DNA of 38,909 nt from a bacterium. GTDB taxonomy: Bacteria; JALSQH01. Under the pieces are notes generated by a model, which saw only the letters and a program-made list of their open reading frames with translations, made no database searches and was not told where the DNA came from. Positions 8,978-18,544 of the stretch are shown piece after piece (position 1 is the stretch's first letter; every line of letters begins with the position of its first letter). Position numbers and translations under genes: made by a program. The DNA is taken from contig JALSQH010000118.1 in the NCBI GenBank assembly GCA_026985515.1, positions 1-38,909 on the forward strand. Reading direction: 5' to 3'.

Positions 8978-9673
8978 ATGGTGGAATTGATTTTTGCACT
9001 TGATGTGGATAATATTGAAGAGGCAGAGCCATTTGTTGAAATTCCCGGCCTTGAGTTTTACAAGGTGGGTCTTCAACTTTTCCTTAAAGAAGGATACAGA
9101 GTTGTTGAATTTCTCAAGCAGAGGGAAAAAAAGGTTTTTCTTGATCTGAAGTTTCACGATATTCCCAACACTGTTGCCAGTGCCGCCAGACAGGCGGTGA
9201 GGATGGGGGTAGACGTGTTTAATATTCATATTACTGGTGGGTATGAAATGGTAAGGAGAGCTGTTGAGGCCACGAGGGATGAGAATGAAAAAATGGGAAG
9301 AAGTTCTCTTATCATAGGGGTAACCATCTTAACGAGCCTCTCCCAAGAAGATCTGGAAAGGGTTGGATTTAGTCTGTCTCCCAAAGAAGCTGTTATCCAT
9401 CTTGCAAAAATGGGATTTGAAGCCGGGCTGGATGGGGTTGTGTGCTCACCCGTTGAGGCAAAAAAGATAAAGGAAAATACTTCGAATTCTTTCCTTACAT
9501 TCACTCCTGGAATTACCCTCTATGGGGGGAGTAGAGATGACCAGAAAAGAACCATGAGTGTAAGAGAGGCTGTGGAAAATGGTTCTGATTTTCTCATAGT
9601 AGGCAGGCCAATCAGAAATAGCCCTGATCCTGTAAGAACTGTTGCAGAGATTCTGAGAATCATTCATGGATAG
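8978..9673 (+). CDS. pyrF: Orotidine-5'-phosphate decarboxylase
   Basis: LIFALDV, YKVGLQLF, VFLDLKFHDIPNTV and IVGRPI motifs are present. It starts 3 nt after the preceding gene. Confidence 0.9.
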   Translation: MVELIFALDVDNIEEAEPFVEIPGLEFYKVGLQLFLKEGYRVVEFLKQREKKVFLDLKFHDIPNTVASAARQAVRMGVDVFNIHITGGYEMVRRAVEATRDENEKMGRSSLIIGVTILTSLSQEDLERVGFSLSPKEAVIHLAKMGFEAGLDGVVCSPVEAKKIKENTSNSFLTFTPGITLYGGSRDDQKRTMSVREAVENGSDFLIVGRPIRNSPDPVRTVAEILRIIHG

Positions 9674-10418
9674 GGAATTCCTCTACGGATTAAATCCTGT
9701 AAGAGAGGTTTTGCTCACAGGAAGAAGAAAAATTTTTCATATCTATTTTTCTGGTGAAAGGTCGAGATACAATGAGTTGATTAAGCTTTCAAGTTCTCAG
9801 AAAGTTTCTGCTTCTTTTAAAACCAGGAAGGAACTTTCCAGATTGTGTGGAAGCGACCAGCACCAGGGGGTAGTTATTGAGGTTTCACCCTATCCTTATG
9901 TTTCTGTCGAAGAAATTATTGAAACAAGCTATCCAGAATCAGAGTTCAGCAATATAGTTTTGCTTGATGGTGTCAAAGATCCAAGAAATCTTGGAGCAAT
10001 TGTTAGAAGTGCCCACCTGCTTGGTTTTAAGGGAGTCGTCATTGGAAAACACAGGGCTTCTCCAGTGACTCCAGTTGCAGTGAAAAGTTCAAGCGGTGCA
10101 ACTGAAAGGATAATGATTGCGAGAGAAACCAATCTTGCCCGCACCCTTGATTTTCTCAGGGATAATGGATACTGGGTTATCTGTGCATCTGAGAAAGCTG
10201 ATAAGACATTGGATGAAATGGAGTTTGATTTTAACCTTGTTCTTGTTATGGGAGAGGAAGGTTCGGGGATAAGACTTAATGTGAAAAAGAGGTGCGATTT
10301 TGAGGTGGCTATACCCTTACAGGGAAGCAGAACAATTGGATCGCTGAATGTTTCTGTTGCAGCTGGGATATTTATGTATGAAATAATGTCATACCAGAGA
10401 CGAAACTCTCAGGTTTGA
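9666..10418 (+). CDS. rlmB: TrmH/SpoU-family RNA 2'-O-methyltransferase, RlmB-like (23S rRNA Gm2251)
   Basis: An N-terminal substrate-binding motif (LYGLNPVREVL) and SpoU motifs (LDGVKDPRNLGAIVRSA, LVMGEEGSGI, IPL.G...SLNVSVAAGIFMYE). It overlaps pyrF by 8 nt. Confidence 0.75.
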   Translation: MDREFLYGLNPVREVLLTGRRKIFHIYFSGERSRYNELIKLSSSQKVSASFKTRKELSRLCGSDQHQGVVIEVSPYPYVSVEEIIETSYPESEFSNIVLLDGVKDPRNLGAIVRSAHLLGFKGVVIGKHRASPVTPVAVKSSSGATERIMIARETNLARTLDFLRDNGYWVICASEKADKTLDEMEFDFNLVLVMGEEGSGIRLNVKKRCDFEVAIPLQGSRTIGSLNVSVAAGIFMYEIMSYQRRNSQV

Positions 10419-10504
10419 CACTGTTTTTGTAAAAGGCAAGAAAAGTAGAGCTTAACCACTTCATGAAAGTTCGGGATTGTGGATCTGCAATTTAAGATGA
10501 AAGC

Positions 10505-10538
10505 AATCACACCAGAGACAGAAGTCTCTGGTGTGATT
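10505..10538. terminator. Hairpin between the convergent rlmB and aminotransferase genes (probable terminator)
   Basis: AATCACACCAGAGAC-AGAA-GTCTCTGGTGTGATT is a perfect 15-bp stem. It is followed by TT(TT) on the + strand and abuts the aminotransferase stop at 10539. The T-tracts are short in both directions. Confidence 0.5.
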
Positions 10539-11750
10539 TTATGATAACTTCTTCACCGCTTCTTCTATTCTGTCAAGTCCCCTTTTAATTTCTTCCATGC
10601 TTGTGGCATAGCTCATTCTCACATAATTATCATTCCCGAATCCAGCTCCAGGAACCACTGCCACCTTTGCCTCTTCAAGGAGATACTCTGCAAAGTCTGT
10701 GGCTGAATTTATCACTTTATCACCATACTTTTTCCCAAACAATCCACTTACATTGGGAAACACATAGAAAGCTCCTTTGGGCTTGAAACATGAAATTCCA
10801 TCTATACTGTCCAATCTATCTACGATGTAGGTTCTTCTTTTATCAAATTCCTTTCTCATTTCCTCCACGCAGTTCTGTGGCCCGGTGAGCGCTGCAAGGG
10901 CTGCTGCCTGGGATATAGAAGTTGGATTTGAAGTACTCTGACTCTGGATGTTGGTCATTGCTTTTATCACATCCACCGGTCCTGCAGCGTAACCAATCCT
11001 CCATCCTGTCATGGAGTAGGTTTTGGAAACCCCATTTATAACTATTGCTCTTTCCTTCAATTCTGGAACAAGCGCGACAATTGAATGGTGTTTGTATCCG
11101 TCATAAACAAGAAATTCATAAATCTCATCGCTGATTACCCATAAGCCGTGTTTGACAAGGATCTTTCCTATTTCTTTCAATTCTTCAGCTTCGTAGGCAG
11201 CCCCTGTAGGATTTGAGGGAGAATTGAGGAGGAACACCTTCGGATTAAGTCCGTTGCTTTTCACCTCAGATATGGTTTTTTCAAGATCCTCAGGAGTTAT
11301 TTTAAAACCCGTTTTTTCCGTTGTATGGATCAATCTGAATTCTGCATCTGCAAGTAATGCCTGATCAGAGTAGGATACCCAGTAGGGGGCCGGAATAATG
11401 ATTACATCACCCTTTTGCAGAAGCACCTGCATTGCAAGATAAAGTGAGAACTTGGCACCAGGAGAAACCAGAATCTGATCCACTGTGTATTCAAGGTTGT
11501 TGTCTCTTTTAAACTTTTCCACTATTGCCTTTTTTAATTCGGGAATTCCACCCACAGGTGTGTATTTTGTCATGCCATCCTTTATAGCTTTTATGGCAGC
11601 TTCTTTGATGTGGTCAGGTGTGTCGAAGTCAGGTTCTCCAGCTCCAAAGCCAACAACATCAATACCCTCTGCTTTCATTGCTTTAAACTTAGCTGTGATC
11701 GCAAGGGTGGGTGAGGGTTTGATCTTTTTTGCTCGCTCACTTAAGCTCAT
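10539..11750 (-). CDS. Pyridoxal-phosphate-dependent aminotransferase, class I (aspartate aminotransferase subgroup Ib-like)
   Basis: GAGEPDFDTP, NSPSNPTGAAY and the PLP-Lys context GVSKTYSMTGWRIGY are present. 403 aa. Confidence 0.85.
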   Translation of the reverse strand: MSLSERAKKIKPSPTLAITAKFKAMKAEGIDVVGFGAGEPDFDTPDHIKEAAIKAIKDGMTKYTPVGGIPELKKAIVEKFKRDNNLEYTVDQILVSPGAKFSLYLAMQVLLQKGDVIIIPAPYWVSYSDQALLADAEFRLIHTTEKTGFKITPEDLEKTISEVKSNGLNPKVFLLNSPSNPTGAAYEAEELKEIGKILVKHGLWVISDEIYEFLVYDGYKHHSIVALVPELKERAIVINGVSKTYSMTGWRIGYAAGPVDVIKAMTNIQSQSTSNPTSISQAAALAALTGPQNCVEEMRKEFDKRRTYIVDRLDSIDGISCFKPKGAFYVFPNVSGLFGKKYGDKVINSATDFAEYLLEEAKVAVVPGAGFGNDNYVRMSYATSMEEIKRGLDRIEEAVKKLS

Positions 11751-12250
11751 CTATTATCCTCCTGTAATATTTTTCTGAATTTCTCTTTCAGTTTTTCCTC
11801 CACGAGGGGGGGGACCATACTGCTCACAGAACCACCAAATCTCACTATTTCCTTTATGAGAGTGGAACTCAGATATGAGTACCTCGCATCTGTCATCATG
11901 AAAACTGTTTCAAGGGAAGGATTCAACATCTTATTTGCCAGTGCCATTTGAAATTCATATTCAAAGTCGGAAACTGTCCTGATCCCTCTGAGAATCACAG
12001 AGGCCTTTTTCTTTTCTGCGTATTCCACAAGCAGCCCTTCAAATCCATCAACTTCAACTTTATCAATATCTTTTAAGACCTCCCTCAGAATCTGTAATCT
12101 TTCTTCAAAGTCAAAAAAAGTTTTTTTTGCTGTATTGTGAGCAACAGCTACAATCAATTTGTCAAAGAGAAGTCTTCCTCTCTCTATTATGTTGAGATGT
12201 CCATATGTGAGGGGATCAAAGGAACCGGGATATATGGCGATTCTTTCCAT
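11747..12250 (-). CDS. coaD: Phosphopantetheine adenylyltransferase
   Basis: IAIYPGSFDPLTYGHLNIIERG (the T/HxGH motif), ILRGIR, and SSTLIKEI. It overlaps the downstream gene by 4 nt. Confidence 0.93.
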   Translation of the reverse strand: MERIAIYPGSFDPLTYGHLNIIERGRLLFDKLIVAVAHNTAKKTFFDFEERLQILREVLKDIDKVEVDGFEGLLVEYAEKKKASVILRGIRTVSDFEYEFQMALANKMLNPSLETVFMMTDARYSYLSSTLIKEIVRFGGSVSSMVPPLVEEKLKEKFRKILQEDNR

Positions 12251-12253
12251 TTG

Positions 12254-12811
12254 CTAATCTCCACTTAGGATTAAAAGCCGATTCTGTCCATATTTTCTGT
12301 CCCTGTAAATGGTGAGGGAGTCGGGAATTTTTGTTTCTTTATAGGTTGGTATCTCAGTGACAATGAATCCATTATCATTGAGGAGGTGATTCTCCACTAT
12401 GAGGTTCAGAGCAGGTTCCCAGAAATCCTTTTTGAATGGGGGATCAATAAAGATGACATCAAATTTAACACCCTCCCTGCCAAATTTTTTCAGTGCAGCT
12501 TTGTAATCCATACTGTAAATTTTGCTTTTTTTCAAAAGATCAAATTTCTTTAGATTCTCAGTAACAACCATTATTGAATTGATGTCATTATCAACGAAAT
12601 AAACGGTTTTTGCACCTCTGCTGTATGCCTCTATTCCCAGATTTCCTGTACCGGCAAAAAGATCAAGAATTACCTTATCTTCCCACTCCTGAATGATATT
12701 AAAGATGGCCTCTTTAACCCGGTCTATGGTTGGTCTTACTCTATCTGATTTTGGTGGAGTTAATTTCTGACCTTTAAGGTATCCGCCTATTATTCTCATT
12801 TCCCCTTTCAT
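12254..12811 (-). CDS. rsmD: 16S rRNA (guanine966-N2)-methyltransferase
   Basis: RIIGGYLKGQKL..P.....RPTIDRVKEAIFNI, DLFAGTGNLGIEAYSRGA and IFIDPPF are present. The rsmD-coaD pairing is the classic arrangement. Confidence 0.88.
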   Translation of the reverse strand: MKGEMRIIGGYLKGQKLTPPKSDRVRPTIDRVKEAIFNIIQEWEDKVILDLFAGTGNLGIEAYSRGAKTVYFVDNDINSIMVVTENLKKFDLLKKSKIYSMDYKAALKKFGREGVKFDVIFIDPPFKKDFWEPALNLIVENHLLNDNGFIVTEIPTYKETKIPDSLTIYRDRKYGQNRLLILSGD

Positions 12812-12859
12812 TCTATTGGGTGTAATCTTTCTGTCAAGGAGTAAAGGTGTTTTTTATGG

Positions 12860-14587
12860 CTATCTGGACGCAGAGGTTGTGACTGGGTGAGAAGATGTTA
12901 CCGGAAGGGTAAAAGATGTGGGAAATTTGATTTCAGATGTTGCTGGCTTGCTGAATTTGTTTTCAGTGATTATTGTTTTTGAAAGATACAGGGAGGCCTT
13001 CTCAGTATCTCCCTTTTTCTCATATGCCGTACCCAGGGCATATAATATATCCGGGTCGCTCGGATTGATTTTCAGTGCTTTTTTCAAAAAAGAAATGGCA
13101 CCATCATAGTCACCCTTTTTCATTAGAGAGAGGCCGGCAAGAAAGTATGCCTCTTCTTTTTGAGGGGCAAGGTCTATGGCTTTTTTAAATTCATCCACCG
13201 ATGAATCGTACTCATCGAGTTTGTAATAGATCACACCAAGTGTGATGTGGAAATCAGGGTCATTTCTGTAGCCCTCATATGCCCTCTGCATTTCAAATAG
13301 CGCCTTTCTGTACTGTCCTTTCTGCAGGTATTTTTCCTTGATTCCTCCTATCCTGTAATAGACAAGAGCCAGCTGGTAATGGGCTGGGAAAAAATTGCGT
13401 TTAAGTTCTATCGCTTTGAGTAAGGCTTTTTCAGCTTCTCTGAAGATTTTTTCTCTTTTTGATGCTTCTGATATGAGCGCAAGTTTATAAAGCGCAGTTC
13501 CCAAACGATAATATGCCAGCATAAAATCCTTTTTCCTGTCAATAGCAATTTTGTATTCCCGTATGGCTTCATTGTAAAAATTCCTGTCTTCATAAATCAC
13601 TCCAAGGGAGAAGTGAGCATAAGGGTCCACAATGAATTTTTCATTTTTTATTGCATCTTCGTCAAATTTTTTTGCTTCGTTCAGCTGAATTTGTGCAAGA
13701 GAGTATTCTCCGAGATTGTTATATATGATTGCCAGATTGAATGCCCCTCTTGCAGCTTCTCTCTTCTCCTTTCTGGATAATTCCACAACCTTTTCAAAGT
13801 ATGGTCTGGCTTTTGCGAATTCACCTCCTGCGAGATAAATTCTCCCTGTTACAAAATAGACCGGTACAAGAGATGGATCTCTGGCAAGGGCTGTTTTGTA
13901 AAATTTAAGAGCAAGTTCTCTGTTTCCCATTTGCTCGTAAATCAAACCTGTATAGGCGTAGATTATTGCCCTCTCAGGAAAGTACTTTTTCAAATATCCA
14001 AGATGCCTGAGTGCCAGTTTAAACCTGCCTTCTTTTATGTAAATTCTGATAAGTGCAAGTCTTGCATCGAAGTTTTTGAGATTTCTTCTCAGAAGTTTTA
14101 TCAGATACTTTCTTGCAAGGTCGTATCTTTTTACCATCTCGTAGGAATATGCAAGATTCAGAATAGTCTGGTCGTAGTTGGGCTGAAGAGATAATGCCTT
14201 TCTGAGAGATGCGGCGGCAAGTCCTGGCTTATGTTCCTTCAGATATATGACTCCCAGATTGTTGTAGGCGGGAAAGTATTTATCATTCACCTCAATGGCA
14301 GATTTGAGCAATTTTTTTGCTTCCTCTAATTTGTTTTTTTTAATCAGAACAACTGCAAGATTATTATATGCGGGGAGGTATCCCGGATCTGTTTTTAGAG
14401 ATTCTTTGAAATACTTCTCCGCCTCATCGTAATTCCCCTGCTGAAGGTAATAAATTCCCTTTTCATGATAGGCTTCCGCTTCTTTTCTGATTTCCTGTGG
14501 AGTTTTTTTCCTTTGAAGAAGGGTACAGGATAAGAAGGTCACCAGAAACAGATAAAGGAGAAACTCAAAAAATCTCTTTGCTTTCAT
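12860..14587 (-). CDS. Tetratricopeptide-repeat protein with an N-terminal signal peptide (possible lipoprotein)
   Basis: MKAKRFFEFLLYLFLVTFLSC is a signal peptide with a Cys. It is followed by more than 12 TPR units (recurring A..Y..AL...P....A..NLG.) and a Ser/Thr/Pro-rich tail. Confidence 0.8.
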   Translation of the reverse strand: MKAKRFFEFLLYLFLVTFLSCTLLQRKKTPQEIRKEAEAYHEKGIYYLQQGNYDEAEKYFKESLKTDPGYLPAYNNLAVVLIKKNKLEEAKKLLKSAIEVNDKYFPAYNNLGVIYLKEHKPGLAAASLRKALSLQPNYDQTILNLAYSYEMVKRYDLARKYLIKLLRRNLKNFDARLALIRIYIKEGRFKLALRHLGYLKKYFPERAIIYAYTGLIYEQMGNRELALKFYKTALARDPSLVPVYFVTGRIYLAGGEFAKARPYFEKVVELSRKEKREAARGAFNLAIIYNNLGEYSLAQIQLNEAKKFDEDAIKNEKFIVDPYAHFSLGVIYEDRNFYNEAIREYKIAIDRKKDFMLAYYRLGTALYKLALISEASKREKIFREAEKALLKAIELKRNFFPAHYQLALVYYRIGGIKEKYLQKGQYRKALFEMQRAYEGYRNDPDFHITLGVIYYKLDEYDSSVDEFKKAIDLAPQKEEAYFLAGLSLMKKGDYDGAISFLKKALKINPSDPDILYALGTAYEKKGDTEKASLYLSKTIITENKFSKPATSEIKFPTSFTLPVTSSHPVTTSASR

Positions 14588-14612
14588 CTTAAGGTATTAT
14601 ATCTTCTTTCGC

Positions 14613-16088
14613 CTATCCTATCAAAAAAATTGGAAGGAACAGGAACAGACCTATCTGTGTGATACTTGTTCTTTTCGCGGCTTCCTCAAGGGCTTCTGAG
14701 ACATTGTTCACAGCAATCATTCCGAGCTTTTCAGCAACATTTGGATTTCCCCCTATTGCAATCTGGGCGGAGGTGTTTACCTTTCCGGGGCAGCCCCAAT
14801 ACCATGCAAGAATAGCATGTGCGCCGTGGTAACCGTAACCATTATTGTAGAGATGGTAAAATTCCCTGTTTTTCCAGTAGAACTCTTCCAGATCCTTTCG
14901 CCTTTCACATTCCATTGGAAGATGGTTATTGTAGAGGTAAACATATGGGTAGTGTTTATCAAGATCAAAAACTTCTTCAAGAGGATTCCAGAAAATCAGA
15001 ACTCCACCATTTTTAATGGCTTTTTTGAAAAGGGAATAGATGTACCCGCTGACCATTGTATGTATCAGAACAGGATTTGTTTGAGAGTTAACACTGTATG
15101 GTGAAAGGGAGGGAAGTCCAAAGAGAACTGCATCGAACTTTTTAGGTGTGTAGATACTGAGCTGTTTTTTCACTTCTTTTATGGCTTTTTCATGAATGGT
15201 ATCCACATCACCAGCAAAAACTTCATAAAGGGGATACCAGGATCTTATTGACTGGAAGGTCTTGTATCGCGCTATTCTGGGGAGATTATTGTAAAAGTCC
15301 CATGCTACAGGAATTTTTGCGGCAATGTTTTTAAGGGAAATATCCACGGGAGGTAGAAAAATATTGCTCAATACGAGTTCAATTTTAAACAGATTTATTT
15401 TGTTTTTGATCACTTTTCCCATTCTTTTGATTATTGCGTGAAATTCTGATTCGGTGTCCATGTATGAATTTGAAATCAGGATGTCGGGGTTGTGAGATTC
15501 CAGAATTGTGGTGAAGGAGCCGGTACCCACAGCAATGGATTTCCACCCACCATTCATTGGAAGGAAAACTATACTTATGTATATTACCAGATCTGCTTCA
15601 AGGAGGTGTCTGTTTATCTCCACTCTTTCTCCCTTTTCCGTATCCCCGATCCAGACAGCGTCCTGCTCCCTGTGAAAATTCAATCTATCAATCCACCCTT
15701 TCCACACCTTTTTCCCTATCATATGTCTTACTTCTGAGGGTGTGCATCTCCTGTGAAGTCCTGTTGCACAGAGAAGGGTAACATTTTTCCTGTCTATCCC
15801 TGCCTGGAGAATCAATTTTAAAACTTCATCAAGAACAGTTTTTCGGATATCTGAGATCATGGGGGGAAAGGGGACGGAAATGTCATCAAAGGCCACAACA
15901 ACCTTGCGTGAACGCCTGAGAAGGTCTGGAAGCGGATATGTCCCATCTGGATTCAGGAGAGCGTTTTTTATTTTCCTGGTTGGAGATATTGCAGGAATAA
16001 ATGGTCTGGGAGCGGAGAGAATATCCCACTCTTCTCTGACCTTCACAGGAGTAACACTTTCTCCGTTTAGCAGGAGTACCTTTTTCAT
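14613..16088 (-). CDS. LarA-like (DUF2088, nickel-pincer lactate-racemase family) protein, divergent
   Basis: VVVAFDDISVPFPP....LLCATGLHRRCTPSEV aligns to the LarA N-domain SDHTRPVP....LVATGFHRPSTHEEL. NGGWKS aligns to SGGRKS. The protein ends in a hydrophobic tail, ITQIGLFLFLPIFLIG. Confidence 0.6.
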   Translation of the reverse strand: MKKVLLLNGESVTPVKVREEWDILSAPRPFIPAISPTRKIKNALLNPDGTYPLPDLLRRSRKVVVAFDDISVPFPPMISDIRKTVLDEVLKLILQAGIDRKNVTLLCATGLHRRCTPSEVRHMIGKKVWKGWIDRLNFHREQDAVWIGDTEKGERVEINRHLLEADLVIYISIVFLPMNGGWKSIAVGTGSFTTILESHNPDILISNSYMDTESEFHAIIKRMGKVIKNKINLFKIELVLSNIFLPPVDISLKNIAAKIPVAWDFYNNLPRIARYKTFQSIRSWYPLYEVFAGDVDTIHEKAIKEVKKQLSIYTPKKFDAVLFGLPSLSPYSVNSQTNPVLIHTMVSGYIYSLFKKAIKNGGVLIFWNPLEEVFDLDKHYPYVYLYNNHLPMECERRKDLEEFYWKNREFYHLYNNGYGYHGAHAILAWYWGCPGKVNTSAQIAIGGNPNVAEKLGMIAVNNVSEALEEAAKRTSITQIGLFLFLPIFLIG

Positions 16089-16168
16089 CCCCTTCTTTCT
16101 AACATATTTCTTTGAATTTTGTCAAGAGCAGCAGGAGAAGGAAAGATGAAGGGAACAAGCTTCATTTT

Positions 16169-16197
16169 TTGCATTGGGAGATAAAATCCTGTATAAT
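16169..16197 (+). promoter_or_regulatory. Sigma-70-type promoter for the C-N hydrolase/queH/sirtuin block
   Basis: TTGCAT (16169-16174), a 17-nt spacer, then TATAAT (16192-16197). It lies about 30 nt upstream of the AGGAG Shine-Dalgarno sequence and the ATG at 16228. Confidence 0.55.
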
Positions 16198-16227
16198 AAT
16201 AGAAAATCCCTTTTTCAGGAGTGAAAA

Positions 16228-17025
16228 ATGGCAAAGTTGAAGAGATTTAATGTTGCACTGCTTCAACTTGACATTCAGAAGGGAGAAGTTGAAACAAATT
16301 TCAAGAAGATCAAATCTTATATTCCAAAACTTGCCAAGAAAAATATTAAAATTGTATCTCTTCCTGAACTCTGGCCCACAGGTTTTGTAAGAACCAGGCT
16401 TTCTAAGATGGCGGAGGAGACAAGAGAGGCTCTTGAGTGGATGGCAGAGTTGAGTGCGAAGTATGAGATGGTTATAGTGGGTTCAGGAATAGAGGAGGAA
16501 GATGGAAAGTTTTACAATTCTGCTCATGTAATTGATTCCGGGAAGATACTTGGTTTTTACAGAAAAGTCCATCTTTTCTCGCCAATTAAAGAGGATTCAG
16601 TTTTTACTCCTGGAAATGAGGCGAAGGTTTTTGATACCAGTGTGGCAAAAATTGGAGTGGTTATCTGTTATGACCTCAGATTTCCCGAATTGATACGGAA
16701 GGTCATGAAGCTTGGTGCGGAGGTTCTGATTGTGCCTGCTCAGTGGCCAGAGGATAGAATCAACCACTGGCACATTCTCCTTCAGGCAAGAGCCATTGAG
16801 AATCAATTTTTCGTTATTGGGGTAAACAGGATAGGAGAGGTGAGAATAGATTCAGGTGGAACCATTATCTACAGTGGCCACTCAATGATTATTGATCCCT
16901 GGGGTGAGATTATCTCGCAGGCTGGTGACCGAGAGGGATTCAGGACTGCAAAGTTTGATATGACGAAACTGGAGAAAATCAGAAATAAGTTTCCCTTTCT
17001 GAATGATATCAGGGACATATATTGA
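16228..17025 (+). CDS. Carbon-nitrogen hydrolase family protein (nitrilase/omega-amidase-like)
   Basis: Contexts for the Glu-Lys-Cys triad are present: LPELW, YRKVHLF and VVICYDLRFPEL. Confidence 0.85.
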   Translation: MAKLKRFNVALLQLDIQKGEVETNFKKIKSYIPKLAKKNIKIVSLPELWPTGFVRTRLSKMAEETREALEWMAELSAKYEMVIVGSGIEEEDGKFYNSAHVIDSGKILGFYRKVHLFSPIKEDSVFTPGNEAKVFDTSVAKIGVVICYDLRFPELIRKVMKLGAEVLIVPAQWPEDRINHWHILLQARAIENQFFVIGVNRIGEVRIDSGGTIIYSGHSMIIDPWGEIISQAGDREGFRTAKFDMTKLEKIRNKFPFLNDIRDIY

Positions 17026-17681
17026 TGAGAAAGATACCTCCCGGCAGAAGGGGAGCCTATAAGCTATTCCTGCAGGAAATTGAAGAGGTAAAGAGGAGAG
17101 GCTACAAACCATCCCTTCTGCTTCACTCCTGCTGTGCCCCATGCTCTTCTTCCGTTCTTGAGCAGCTGATTCCATATTTCAAAGTCACGATTTTCTATTT
17201 TAATCCAAATATTCATCCCAGGAGAGAATATCTCACAAGAATGCAGGAGAATAGATGGTTTGCTGAAAAGATTATGGGAGTGGAATTTATAGAAGGAGAG
17301 TATGATCCCAGAAGATGGTTTAAAGCTGTAAAGGGATTTGAAAATGAACCAGAGGGTGGAAGAAGATGTCCCATTTGCTATCGTTTGAGAATGGAAGAAA
17401 CGGCGAAGTTGGCGAAGGAAAAAGGATTTGAATACTTTACCACAACTCTTTCTGTAAGTCCCCATAAGAGAGCCGACTGGATAAATCAGATTGGGCTTGA
17501 GCTTGAGGAGAAATATGGAGTCAGGTTTATGGTTGCAGATTTTAAAAAGGGTGGGGGGTATCAGAGGTCACTTGAATTATCAAAAAAGTACAATCTTTAC
17601 CGTCAGACGTACTGTGGGTGCGTTTTCAGTCTGAGGGATAGAAGGGAATATGAAAGAAGAAAAGCACAGGGTTCTTTATGA
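17022..17681 (+). CDS. queH: Epoxyqueuosine reductase QueH (DUF208)
   Basis: LLLHSCCAPCSS, FYFNPNIHP..EY, CP.CY..R and TYCGCVFS cysteine motifs are present. An ATGA start/stop overlap joins it to the upstream gene. Confidence 0.85.
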   Translation: MMRKIPPGRRGAYKLFLQEIEEVKRRGYKPSLLLHSCCAPCSSSVLEQLIPYFKVTIFYFNPNIHPRREYLTRMQENRWFAEKIMGVEFIEGEYDPRRWFKAVKGFENEPEGGRRCPICYRLRMEETAKLAKEKGFEYFTTTLSVSPHKRADWINQIGLELEEKYGVRFMVADFKKGGGYQRSLELSKKYNLYRQTYCGCVFSLRDRREYERRKAQGSL

Positions 17682-18405
17682 AAAAGTAAAGGATCTGATT
17701 TTATCGAGGGAAAAGGTATGTGCTCTCACCGGGGCAGGAATTTCAGCGGAAAGTGGTGTGCCAACCTTTCGTGGAAAGGATGGATTGTGGAATAAGTATA
17801 ATCCTGCCGAACTTGCAACTCCAGAAGCTTTTTCGAGAGATCCTGAGCTTGTCTGGAAGTGGTATGACTGGCGTCGCCAGATTATTTCAGAAGCAAAGCC
17901 CAATGCCGGGCATCTGGCTCTTGCGAAACTTGAGGAGATAAAGGGCGAGAATTTTATACTGATAACTCAGAATGTGGATGGTCTTCACCAGAAGGCTGGT
18001 AGTAAGAGAGTGCTGGAAGTACATGGAAATATATGGAAATTGAAATGTACCTCCTGTACCTACGAGGAGTTTAACTATGATGTCCCATTAAAAGTGATTC
18101 CCCCCAGATGTCCAGAATGTGGGAATTTACTGAGACCTGGAGTGGTCTGGTTTGGTGAGTCTTTACCCTTTGATGTTCTTGATGAGGTTGAGAGATGGCT
18201 GAGAATGTGTGACCTCATGCTGGTGATTGGTACTTCCGGAGTTGTGCAACCGGCTGCCAGTTTTGCCTTTGTGGCGAAGCATAATGATGCTGTAATTGTA
18301 GAGGTCAACATAGAAAGAACTCCGATCTCGGAAATTGCGGATTTCTTCTTCCTGGGGAAGGCTGGTGAAATTCTCCCGCTCATTATTCCCGAAATCCTTA
18401 AATAG
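17650..18405 (+). CDS. cobB: NAD-dependent protein deacylase (Sir2 family)
   Basis: ALTGAGISAESGVPTFRG, ITQNVDGLH and VHGN are present, with a zinc ribbon (CTSC...CPECG), RPGVVWFGE and VIGTSGVV. The annotated start overlaps queH by 32 nt. Confidence 0.88.
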   Translation: MKEEKHRVLYEKVKDLILSREKVCALTGAGISAESGVPTFRGKDGLWNKYNPAELATPEAFSRDPELVWKWYDWRRQIISEAKPNAGHLALAKLEEIKGENFILITQNVDGLHQKAGSKRVLEVHGNIWKLKCTSCTYEEFNYDVPLKVIPPRCPECGNLLRPGVVWFGESLPFDVLDEVERWLRMCDLMLVIGTSGVVQPAASFAFVAKHNDAVIVEVNIERTPISEIADFFFLGKAGEILPLIIPEILK

Positions 18406-18544
18406 AAATTGGTTAATCCACCGTCTGCCTTTGTTTGCCTGTAAATCAACATATTATCAGCCTTTACCCGGAGAGTGACGGCAGAATATCAGGATATGTT
18501 TTTTTTAAGAATAAAACCCAGAATCTTTAAATTGAGATTTTGGA

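Noticed and set aside
10446-10490. A tRNA-like fragment (GTAGAGC...AGTTCGGGATTG) in the rlmB/aminotransferase intergenic region, which could have been an integration-site remnant.
   Set aside because: No acceptor, anticodon or T-arm helices can be drawn. The GTTCRANYC T-loop consensus is not met, and no integrase or direct repeat lies nearby.
16097-16125. On the minus strand, TTGACA-N17-TTAGAA upstream of the larA-like gene.
   Set aside because: The -10 hexamer would end only 8 nt before the ATG and would overlap the apparent GAAGGGG Shine-Dalgarno sequence. That geometry is inconsistent unless the mRNA is leaderless, so the evidence is too weak to call.
18406-18544. A 139-nt convergent intergenic region between cobB and trmI with a T8 run (near 18502), considered as a terminator or small RNA.
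   Set aside because: I could only draw short or very long-looped pairings (AACATAT...ATATGTT with a ~40-nt loop). No stable hairpin precedes the T-run, and I saw no promoter.
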